Part shown: in pieces, positions 48,671 through 59,270 of the stretch
How positions within the stretch are numbered: position 1 is the stretch's first letter
Layout of the letters: every line of letters begins with the position of its first letter
Assembly: GCF_964213995.1 (NCBI RefSeq)
Contig: NW_027590151.1
Coordinates: 744,001 to 808,000, forward strand
DNA length: 64,000 nucleotides
DNA from: Mustelus asterias
Taxonomy: Eukaryota
Direction: 5' to 3'
Notes under the pieces: generated by a model
Seen by the model: only the letters and a program-made list of their open reading frames with translations
Databases searched by the model: none
Told to the model about the DNA's origin: nothing
Position numbers and translations under genes: made by a program

Positions 48671-49261
48671 ATGGAGAAATCGTGGAAATGTGAGGACTGT
48701 GGTAAAGGATACAATTCTTCATCCCGGCTGGAAATCCATCGACGCGTTCACACTGGGGAGAAGCCAGTCAGCTGTTCCGTGTGTGAGAGGAGATTCACTC
48801 AGTCAGCTGCCCTTCGGTTACACCAGCGGGTTCACGCTGTGAAGAAGCCATTCAGCTGCACAACCTGTGGAGAGAAATTCCAGACTTCATCCCTTCTCAC
48901 TGAACACCAGCGGATTCACACGGGTGCCAAACCATTCATTTGCTTTGTGTGTGGGATGGGATTCACTCAGATATTCGCTATCCAGTCACACCACCGAATG
49001 CACACGAAGGAGGATCCATTCAGGTGCACCACCTGTGGAGAAAGTTTCAGGCAGTCAACCGACCTCAATAAACACCAACACACTCACACTGGGGAGAAGC
49101 CGTTCACCTGCTCCGTGTGTGGGAAGGGATTCCCTTGGTCATCCCAACTGCTGTCACATCGGCGAGTTCACACCGGGGGGAGACCGTTCACCTGCTCCGT
49201 GTGTGGGGAGGGGTTCACTCAGTCACAACGTCTGTTGAGACACCAGCAAATTCACAAGTGA
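48671..49261 (+). CDS. C2H2 zinc-finger protein, 7 fingers
   Basis: ACCATGG start, MEKSWKCEDC, 7 intact fingers, acceptor at ~48332. Confidence 0.9.
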   Translation: MEKSWKCEDCGKGYNSSSRLEIHRRVHTGEKPVSCSVCERRFTQSAALRLHQRVHAVKKPFSCTTCGEKFQTSSLLTEHQRIHTGAKPFICFVCGMGFTQIFAIQSHHRMHTKEDPFRCTTCGESFRQSTDLNKHQHTHTGEKPFTCSVCGKGFPWSSQLLSHRRVHTGGRPFTCSVCGEGFTQSQRLLRHQQIHK

Positions 49262-49476
49262 CTGTTTGCTGCTGTTAAAAACATTCAGGATCGATAGTCT
49301 GACAATATCTGGTTTGATTCTGCTGATGTTAACAATCCGATAACTCGCTAGAATCTGGAGATGTCACGATTTTTGGGCTGTTTTGTCCCTTTTTAAAATC
49401 GCCATCTGTGATCTTTCTCCTCAATTCAAGAACCCTCAGCAGAAGTTTAGTTGCAAGAAAAGTTATGAAGTTTTCA

Positions 49477-49829
49477 GAATCTTAGAAGAATCTTAGAAAT
49501 CCTACAGCACAGAAAGAGGCCATTCGGCCCATCGAGTCTGCACCGACCACAATCCCACCCAGGCCCTACCCCCATATCCCTACATATTTACCCACTAATC
49601 TCTCTAACCTACGCATCCCAGGACACTAAGGGCAATTTTTAGCATAGCCAATCAACCTAACCCACACATCTTTGGACTGTGGGAGGAAACCGGAGCACCC
49701 GGAGGAAACCCACGCAGACACAAGGAGAATGTGCAAACTCCACACAGACAGTGACCCGAGCCGGGAATCGAACCCAGGTCCCTGGAGCTGTGAAGCAGCA
49801 GTGCTAACCACTGTGCTACCGTGCCGCCC
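49477..49829 (-). mobile_element. Young full-length HE1-like SINE
   Basis: Nearly identical to 53443-53772 (-) and 62884-63233 (+); absent from the paralogous 3' flank at ~34455. Confidence 0.9.
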
Positions 49830-50659
49830 AAATTCAGTCCTAAATTGATCTTTGATACAAAATGTACAATTCAGTGTCTGAAATGTTCCACTGATTAACA
49901 TCTCCAATTAAAAAGTGCTGATTAATCCTTGCTGACAATTCTTACTGACTTCTTCGCAGTGCCGTGTCCATTATGAAATTAAATGATGAAAGGAAGCGAA
50001 ACAAAGAAGTGAAATATTGCACAGTCACATCAGTCTTCTGTGGCAAAGAGTTCCAACAGATTCACCACTCTCTGGCTGAAGAAATTCCTCCTAATCTCTG
50101 TTTTAAAGGATCGTCCCTTTAGCCTGAGGTTGTGCCCTGTAGTATTCCGGTTAACACACTGGAATACTCCCTTGGCCCTTTAGGATAATGTCACTGCAGT
50201 ATATGGGATCTGCAGAAACATTTAATTACATTCTACCAGCCACCTGGTATGCTTAACTGTGGAAACCCTTTTCCATTAAGGTCTCAGATTACTACAGCAG
50301 ATATGCATTGTTCTGACTCGACGAGCTGGGCTGTGGAATTAATTGGATAGATCTTCCAGAGAGCCAGCAGAGACATAATGGGCCAAATGGTTTCTATTTA
50401 TGCTGTATCATTCTCTAAAACAGTGAATATTCAGTATCAGGGAGAGAGAGAAGAACCAGTGACTGTGCGATTGAACCCAGCCAGAATCAGCACCATAAAA
50501 GGAGGAGTGAGAGGGGAAACGGTATAAAAGCTTTGAAACCATTGCATGGTCCTGCAGCAGAACTTTGAGAAATGGAGCACAGCAATGTACCAATTCTCAA
50601 TATTTCATTAATTTACCTCAAATGCTTACAACGTTATTATGAATTAATTGCATGAGGTT

Positions 50660-51030
50660 TCAATGGCGGTTATTACCCAGCATTCGTTGCGGCTGTGACA
50701 GTGCCCTATTCACTGCACAGGAGCCCGGTGCGCAAGCGCAGTGCTGTATCTGGCGCATGCGCAGTGTCACTTTGCTCGGAGCCCTGCGAGTGCTGGAGAC
50801 GCTTATTTCAAGGGGTGGGAATCGGTGGGGCGGAGGGAGGAATGGAGCCGGGAGTCGGGGTGGGGAGGAAACAGAGGCTTCACAAACATCTGCTGTAGGC
50901 CGCAAGGTCTGAATAAGAGCCTTCCGGTCCCGGGTTTGCAGCTCCGTGGATTTTATCCGGGACCAGGCCCAGTGCCGCGGCCGCCATCTTTGTTTAGCGG
51001 GGACCAGAGCGCATGCGCGGTCAGTGGGCA
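50660..51030 (+). promoter_or_regulatory. CpG-rich promoter/first exon upstream of the 55995 ZNF
   Basis: GGCGCATGCGCAGT (~50752), GCGCATGCGC (~51009), YY1-like GCCGCCATCTT (~50980). Confidence 0.68.
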
Positions 51031-53442
51031 GAGCTTCAGGATTTGGGTGACCAGGAGAGACAATGTTTGAGTCATTGACTGACAGGCCGGGTTAATGGAT
51101 GCTGCCTTTCACCTTCTCAATTTGCAGCGGCGGCTCGCCGTCTTTTATACACTTTGATCATACAGACATTAGCGGTTACTTCGTCATTAGCTTTGGGTGG
51201 TTACCTGTACTTAGCCAATTGGGCTCCCCTCGCAATAATTGACCTCCAATCACATTCCTTCAAAAACAACTGTTAACAAAAACCCACAACTTTTTGTTTC
51301 GGTTCCCCTTTATCTTAAGCTAAGCTGACCATCAGGACCTCGCGGTCTGGTTTTTTTTGTCTGTTCCGTATTTTTTATACAATAACAGGATGTAGCTCAA
51401 AGGTTAGTTCGTTATTTAGTCAGCAACAGAATGATCTTTGTTAACCACAGGATAACTGCTGGGCACAGCCCTGTAGTCATGTACGCATTAACTTTCAAAG
51501 GTCACAGTCTTAATTTCACTCCAAAAATCACATCTCATTTATCTAAAATCCAATGAGCACAGATGCACCCCTCCTAAACTTTCCTCATAAAACAGACCCC
51601 TTCATGCCCGAAATCAGCGAGTGAACCTCGTCTGAATTGCTTCCAATGCAAGTATTTTCCATCTTAAGTAATCTTATGCCAGAAAACAGGAGGGGAGAAT
51701 GTTATGTGGATTCAGGATTGACAAAGAATTGTTGGAGGTGACACAGTGGTTAGCACTTCTGTCTCATAGCGCCAGAGACCCGGTTCAATTCCAGCCTCGG
51801 GTAATTGTCTGTATGGAGTTTGCACATTCTCCCTCTGTCTGTGTGGGTTTCCTCTGGGTGCTCTCGTTTCCTCCCACACTCCAAAGAGTGGGTTGGTCGA
51901 CCATGCTAAATTGTCCCTTTGTGTCCCAAGATGAGCGGGAAGGAAAAGATTAGTGATGTATGTACATCAGGTTACAGGGATAGGGCCTGAGTAAAGGAGC
52001 TCTGTTAGAAACTTGGTGCAGACTCGATGGGCTAAAAGGTCTCCTTCTGCACTGCAGAGATTCTGTGATTTTGGAATCTCCTTTTACAGATGGTTAGAAG
52101 AAGAGGATTTTTACAGCAATCTCAAACCCCCCAAAAAATGTGTGTTTCTTAATTTCAAGCCACAATTGACACATGACTCTTGTAATCTCCTTTTGCAGGG
52201 AGTTGGAACATTTGAAGATTGCAATTTTTCTCTGATTCCAGTGCTTCTGACATCTTTCCAGCCGCAGGTTTTAAATGAGAAAATAGTGAAATTGTTTCAG
52301 AGGTGAGTATTATTGAACATTTACCTATAATTTTGAATTTTCGTCCTGTGCTCTGTTATCTGTACTCTCGTTCCACGTCTCTGGGGCTGGTGTGACTCCG
52401 TTACTGTGGATCTGAATCCATGTCCATCCATTGCTTTGTTTCACCTCTGCCCTCCCTGATCACCTCTCTGTCATTGTCAGTTCAGAGAAGGATCTGCAGG
52501 CTGATAGCTGGGATGAAGGGATTGTTTTGTGAGGAAAGTTTGGGCCTGTATTGACTGGAGTTTAGAGGTGATCATAGTATTGACATCAGATTGTGAGGTA
52601 GTGATTAGTATAGATGAAGAGAGGATGTTTCCAATGTTGGGGATTCCAGAATTAGTCGGCAGATTGTCAAAATAAAGGGTCCCCCATTTCTGATGGCGAG
52701 GAGGAGAAATGTCTTCCCTCAGAGGGCCGTTAGTCTTTGCAATTCTCTTCCCCAGAGAGCAGTGGAGGCTGCATCATTAAATATACTCAAAATACAGAGA
52801 ATTCTGATCGAAAAGGGAGTCAAGGGTGACAGGAAGAAAAGTGGAGTTAAGATCACAATCAGATCAGCCATGATCTTGATGGGGAGACGATGGCCTTGTG
52901 GTATTATTGCTGGACTATTAATTCAGAAACTCAGCTAATGTTCTGGGGACCCGGGTTTGAATCCTGCCATAGAATCATAGAAATCCTACAGTACAGAAGG
53001 AGGCCATTCAGCCCATCGAGTCTGCACCGACAACAATCCCACCCCACAGCAGCTGGTGGAATTTGAATTCAATTAAAAATATCTGGAATTAAGAAATTCC
53101 TGATGACCATGAAACCCTTTCGATTGTCGGAAAAACCTATCTGGTTCACGAATGTCCTTCAGGGAATGAAATCTGCCATCCTTAACTGGTCTGGCCTTCA
53201 TGTGACTCCAAAGCCACAACAATGTGGTTGACTCTCAACTGCCCTCCAAGGGCTACTGGGGATGGGTAATAAATGCTGGCCAGCCAGCAACATCCATGTC
53301 CCATGAATGAATAAAAAAAATTCAATTGAACAGCTTGGTGGGCTGAATTTCTAACTATTTCTTATGATCTGTCAGGAACATGAAATGGTGAGTGTCGATC
53401 AGCATTAATTAGCACCTTCAGGAGAATTGGGTAGTTTATATT

Positions 53443-53772
53443 ATAGAACTCATAGAAACCCTACAGTGCAGAAGGAGGCCATTCGGCCCATCGAGTCTGC
53501 ACCGACCACAATCCCACCCAGGCCCTACCCCCACATATTTACCCGCTAATCCACGCATCTCAGAACTCTAAGGGGCAATTTTTAACCTGGCCAATCAACC
53601 TAACCCGCACATCTTTGGACTGTGGGAGGAAACCGGAGCACCCGGAGGAAACCCACGCAGACACGAGGAGAATGTGCAAACTCCACACAGACAGTGACCC
53701 GAGCCGGGAATCGAACCCGGGACCCTGGAGCTGTGAAGCAGCAGTGCTAACCACTGTGCTACCGTGCCGCCC
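53443..53772 (-). mobile_element. Young HE1-like SINE
   Basis: Full reverse copy ending GTGCCGCCC. Confidence 0.9.
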
Positions 53773-55994
53773 CTAAAGTTTAAAGTTTATTTATTAGTCT
53801 CAAGTAAGGCTTATATTAACACTGCAATTTCTCTTAAAGACATTGAGATCCTTTGCTCCCTCAGCTTGACACATTGATTTGTCTGGCTAAAAAGTCCCTT
53901 TCCTAATGTTCACAATTAAAGGTCTGGTTTCCTGAGGAGATGGCTGACATTTAAAAGAACAATAAATTAATATAGGACAGAGATATGCCTAGTGTTGTTA
54001 TATTGTAGATTTGGTATATTATTTATGGTTCTGTAACAAAGTACATTTATTATTATTTCTCATCTTGTAATGTAACACTGAAGCTATGTTATATATTTCC
54101 ACTCATCGAGTCATTACAGCGCAGAAGGAGTCCATTCAGTAACTCGAATCCATGCCGACTCTCTGTAGAACAATCCAGTCAGTCCCATTCCCTTTCTATA
54201 TTCCCTTTCCCCTGCGAGTTTATTTCCTTCATGTGCCCATCTAATTTCTGAAATATATTAAAGGGGACAGTAAACTAATATCGGACAGAGACGTGTCTGA
54301 TGTTGTTTTTAATTCATCCTTGGGACACGGGCATTGCCGGCTGGGCCAGCATTTATTGCCCATCCCTAATTGCCCCTTGAACTGAATGGCTCGCTGGGCC
54401 ATTTCGGAGGATGGTTGAGAGTCAACCACATTACTGTGGCTCTGGAGTCACATGTAGGCCAGACTGGGTAAGGACGGCAGATTTCCTTCCCTAAAGCACA
54501 TTAATGAACCAAATGGGTTTTTCTGGTCAATCAACAATGATTTCATGGTCATCAGTAGATTCTTAGTTCTAGATTTTGTTTTTAAATTCAAATTCCACCA
54601 TCTGCCGTGGCAGGATTCAAACCTGGGTCCCCAGAACATCAGCTAAATTTCTGGATTAATAGTCTAGCGATAATACCACGAGGCTTTCCGCTTCCCTGTT
54701 ATATGGTACAGATTAGATATATTATTTATAGCTCTGTAATAAAATACACTTATTATATCTGGCTGTGTAATTTTGGACTGCAGCTATATTATATATTTCC
54801 AACAATCTCTTCCCTCAGAGAATTGTTAGTATCAAGATTTCTCTTCCATAGGGACCAGTGGAGGGATTGAATGTATTCAAGGATGAGTTAGACAGTTTTT
54901 GAATGATAAGGGAGTCAATAATTATTGGGAACAGGCTGGAAAATGGAGAGAAAGCTCAGATGAGGAAGGATTTCTTCACTCAAGGATGTGGTGATGTTTT
55001 GGATTCTCTACCCCAGAGGACTATAGAGCCTCAGTCATCAAGAATTTTCAAGAGAGGGATTGATAGGTTTCTAGATATTGAAGATATCGATGGATATGGG
55101 GGACAGTGTGGGGAAAATAATGCAGAGGTAGATCAACCAATAATCTGAATGAATGGTTGAGCAGACTCGATGGGCCGAATGCTGACTGCAGCTCCTATTT
55201 GTTCTGATTTCTGTGCTGGACAGGAAGCAGTGAGCATGGATCTGTCAATCAGCCTCAATCAGCACCTTCAGGAGAATTGGGAGGGTGAATATTAGATACA
55301 GCAGAGTGAGAATGGAGGGAGAGTGTGTGGGATGGAGATTTACAGCTTTTGGGGAATGGGAGAGGAAAGAACGTTCATTAGAATCATAGAATTGCTGCAT
55401 CTTATCAACCGTCCCTGAGCTTTCACAATGAATCCCACTTCTGAGGACACCCTTATCTCTGACTTGTCCGTACTGCCGGCAGTCTCACAAAGCAGCTGCC
55501 TGTGTGCTGATACGGGAGGCCCTGCTCGGCAAGTTTAATGCTCCATGACTGTGTCTTTAATGAATGCTCCATAAACTAGAAATGTAGATTTGAATTTCGA
55601 TCATATTCTGAATTGCGATTTCTTTTTTTCTAAATTGACTTACAGGATATTAGACAAGGAGAAATCAGACAGAAATCTCCAACATCACATCGAGATCTGA
55701 CAGAGTGACTTGATTTCTTGGGACCTGAATATCATCGGCTTTTGAAGCTAGCAAGAGAAATGTTTGTTTGGCCTCTTGGCTTCAAAAGATTGTAAACATC
55801 GCTGTGACTAGGAATGCACTGAGATACACACACCCGAGTGAGAGTGTTCCAGTGCACTGAGTGTGGAAAGAGCTTTAACCAGTTACACAGCCTGAAAATA
55901 CATCGCAGCATTCACAGCGGGAGAGACTGTACCTGTGTTCTGTGTGAGATTTAACTGATTGTTTAACCTGGAGAGTCACAAGGACACCCGAACC

Positions 55995-57620
55995 ATGGAG
56001 AAACCGTGGAAATGTGGGAAATGTGGGAAGGGATTCAGGTTCCCATCTCTACTGGAAATTCATCAACGCAGTCACACTGGGGAGAGGCCGTTCACCTGCT
56101 CTGTGTGTGGGAAGGGATTCACTGACTTACCTAATCTGCAGAGACACCAACGAGTTCACACTGGGGAGAGGCCATTCACCTGCTGTGTGTGTGGGAAGGG
56201 ATTCAGTCAGTTATCCAGCCTGCAGAAACACAATCTCACTCACACCAATGAGAGACCATTTAAATGCTCTGACTGTGGGAGCGGTTTCAAAAGCTCTGGG
56301 GAACTGCTGTCCCACCAGCGCGCTCACATTGAGGAGAGACCGTTCAGCTGCTCTCACTGCACAAAGAGATTTAGAACTTCATCCAACCTGAAGATACACC
56401 AGCGAGTTCACACTGGGGAGAGACCATTCACCTGCTCTGTGTGCGGGAAGGGATTCACTCAGTCATCCCATTTACAAACACACCAGGGAGTTCACACTGG
56501 GGAGAGGCCGTTCACCTGCTCTGTGTGTGGGAAGGGATTCGCTCAGTTATCCAGCCTGCAGAAACACAATCTCTCTCACACCAATGAGAGACCATTTAAA
56601 TGCTCTGACTGTGGGAGTGGTTTCAAAAGTTCTCGGGAACTGATGATTCACCAGCGCATTCACACTGAGGAGAGACCGTTCAGCTGCTCTCACTGCACAA
56701 AGAAGTTTAGAACTTCATCCGACCTGCGGAGACACCAACGAGTTCACACCGGGGAGAGACCATTCACCTGCTCGGTGTGTGGGAAGGGATTCACTCATTC
56801 ATCAAACCTGTGCAGACACAATCTCACTCACACCAATGAGAGACCGTTTAAATGCTCTGACTGTGGGAGCGGATTCAAAAGCTCTCAGGATCTGGTGTCC
56901 CACCAGCGCATTCACACTGAGGAGAGACCGTTCAGCTGCTCTCACTGCTCAATGAGATTTAGAACTTCATCCAATCTGCAGATTCACCAGCGAGTTCACA
57001 CCGGGGAGAGGCCATTCACCTGCTCTGTGTGTGAGAAGGGATTCACTCAGTCATGCAGCTTGCAGAAACACAAAGCCACTCACACCAGTGAGCGACCATT
57101 TAAATGCTCTGACTGTGGGAATGGCTTCAAAAGCTCTCAGGATCTGATGTCCCACCAGCGCATTCACACTGAGGAGAGATCGTTCAGCTGCTCTCTCTGC
57201 ACAAAGATATTTAGAACATCATACAACCTGCTGAAACACCATCGAGTTCACACCGGGGAGAGACCATTCACCTGCTCGGTGTGTGGGAAGGGATTCACTA
57301 CTTCATCCCACCTGCGCAGACACAAAGTCACTCACACTAATGAGAGACCGTTTAAATGCTCTGACTGTGGGAGCGGATTCAAAAGCTCTCAGGACCTGGT
57401 GTCCCACCAGCGCATTCACACTGAGGAGAGACCGTTCAGCTGCTCTCACTGCACAAAGAGGTTTAAAAGGTCATCCAGCCTGTGGGAACATCAGCGAGTT
57501 CACACTGGGGAGAGACCATTCCCCTGCTCTGTGTGTGGGAAGGGATTCACTCAGTCATCCAGCCTGCAGAAACACAAAGCCACTCACCCCAAGGAGAGCC
57601 CCTTTAAATGCTCTGCCTGA
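55995..57620 (+). CDS. C2H2 zinc-finger protein, 19 fingers, built largely of a 3-finger module
   Basis: ACCATGG at 55995; repeating TGERP-CSVC / TNERP-CSDC / TEERP-CSHC; the stop replaces the second Cys of finger 20; acceptor at ~55645. Confidence 0.9.
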   Translation: MEKPWKCGKCGKGFRFPSLLEIHQRSHTGERPFTCSVCGKGFTDLPNLQRHQRVHTGERPFTCCVCGKGFSQLSSLQKHNLTHTNERPFKCSDCGSGFKSSGELLSHQRAHIEERPFSCSHCTKRFRTSSNLKIHQRVHTGERPFTCSVCGKGFTQSSHLQTHQGVHTGERPFTCSVCGKGFAQLSSLQKHNLSHTNERPFKCSDCGSGFKSSRELMIHQRIHTEERPFSCSHCTKKFRTSSDLRRHQRVHTGERPFTCSVCGKGFTHSSNLCRHNLTHTNERPFKCSDCGSGFKSSQDLVSHQRIHTEERPFSCSHCSMRFRTSSNLQIHQRVHTGERPFTCSVCEKGFTQSCSLQKHKATHTSERPFKCSDCGNGFKSSQDLMSHQRIHTEERSFSCSLCTKIFRTSYNLLKHHRVHTGERPFTCSVCGKGFTTSSHLRRHKVTHTNERPFKCSDCGSGFKSSQDLVSHQRIHTEERPFSCSHCTKRFKRSSSLWEHQRVHTGERPFPCSVCGKGFTQSSSLQKHKATHPKESPFKCSA

Positions 57621-58001
57621 GAGGCCGGCTTCAAAAGCTCTCAGGAACTGATGATCCCCGAGCACATTCACACCGGGGAGAGGCCGTTCAGCTGCTCTCA
57701 CTGTTCAGGGAGGTTTAGAATATCATCAACACTGCTGAAACACCAGTGAGTTCACACCGGGGAGAAACCATTCACCTGCTCGGTGTGTGCGAAAGGATTT
57801 ACTCGGTTATCCAGCCTGCCCAAACACAACATCATCACACCCAGGAGAGACCCTTTAAATGTGGGCGTGGCTTCAAAAGCTCTCGGGAACTAATGTCCCA
57901 CCAGTGAGTTCACACCAGGCAGAGGCTGGTCACCTGCTCTGACTGGGAAGGGATTCACTCAGTCAGCAAACTTGGTGAAACACCAGTGAGTTCACAAGTG
58001 A
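57621..58001 (+). pseudogene. About 5 decayed fingers downstream of the stop codon (former C-terminus)
   Basis: Finger-coding sequence continues with CGA-to-TGA stops and indels, ending in the family terminus GTTCACAAGTGA. Confidence 0.8.
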
Positions 58002-58084
58002 TTACAGTTCTGGGATTATTCTTGTGAATCTTTCTTGCCCCTTCTCCAGTGCCTCTATTTCCTTTTTCTAAATGGAGATCACAA

Positions 58085-59270
58085 ATAGAATGTAGAACAG
58101 CACAGCACAGGAACAGACCCTTCAGCCCACCATGTTGTGTCGAACATGATGCCAAATTAAACTATTCCTTTCTGCCTGCCCTTGGTCCATATTCCTCTAT
58201 TCCTTGCATATTCATGTGCTTATTTAAAACCCCCTTAAATGCCCCTATCGTATCTGCCTCCACCACCACTCCTAGCAGCGCATTCCAGACACCTACCACT
58301 CTCTGTGTAAAAACACTTACCTCTCGCATCTCCTTTGAACTTTCCCCGTCTCACCTTAAGTGCATGCTCCCTGGTATTCGACATATCAACTCTGGGGAAA
58401 AGATTCTATGTCTCTTATTTTATAGACTGCTATCAGGTCTCCCCTCACCCTCCACCGCTATCGAGAAAACAACCCCCGTTTGTCAGTCGCTCACAACCTC
58501 CAATCCAGGCAGCATCCTGGGAAACCTCTTCTGCACCCTCATCAAAGCCTCTGCATCCTTTCTGTAATGTGGCGACCAGAACTGAACGCAATATTTTAAG
58601 TGCAGCCCAAACAAACTTTTATAAAGCTGCAACATGGCATGCTGACTCTTGTACTCAATAAAGGCAAGCATGCCATATGCCTTCTTTAGTGACTAAATAT
58701 TTGTGTGGCTAATTTCAGGGAGCTCTGGACTTGAACCCCAAGATCCCTCTGTACATTAACTGTATACTTATCCTTAATATTTGATCTCCCAAAGTGCAGC
58801 AACTCACACTTGCCCGGATTAAAATCCATCTGCCATTTCTCCGCTCATATCTGCAGCTGATCTACATCCCACTGTATCCTTTGACAACCTTCTACACTAT
58901 CTACAACTCCATCTAGTTTTGTGACGTTTGCAAGCTTCCCAACCCACCCATCCACGTTTTCATCCAAGTCATTTATATATATTACAAATAGCGCAGGTCC
59001 CAGTACGGATCCCTGCAGAACACCACTAGTCACAGACCTCCAGTCAGAAAAACACCCTCCACCGCTATTCTCTGACTTCTATGGGCAAGTCAATTCTGAA
59101 TCCAAGTGGCCAAGTCACCGTGAATCCCATGCATCTTAATCTTCTGGATGAGCCGACCATGAGGGACCTTGTCGAAAGCCTCACTAAAATCCATGTACAC
59201 AACATCCACTGCTCTACCCTCATCGATCACCTTCGTCACCTCCTCGATAAAATCAATCAAGTCAGTAAGA
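58085..59270 (-). mobile_element. Degenerate CR1 LINE
   Basis: TSGVLQGSVLGPALFVIYINDLDE, LKYCVQFWSPHYRKD. Confidence 0.88.

Noticed and set aside
51120-51532. Possible reverse-oriented LTR U3 fragment
   Set aside because: Only TATA/CCAAT-like words and a TG start; no second terminus or TSD visible.
55956-55958. Conserved in-frame TGA as a selenocysteine/readthrough codon
   Set aside because: The upstream fossil fingers carry different frameshifts and stops in each paralog, so there is no upstream frame to read through from. An inherited CGA>TGA change is simpler.
8554-57651. Many ORFs overlapping ZNF genes in other frames or antisense (GRDSL..HTSEFTL, WEGIH.., MNALVS..)
   Set aside because: Standard shadow frames of 84-bp zinc-finger repeats.
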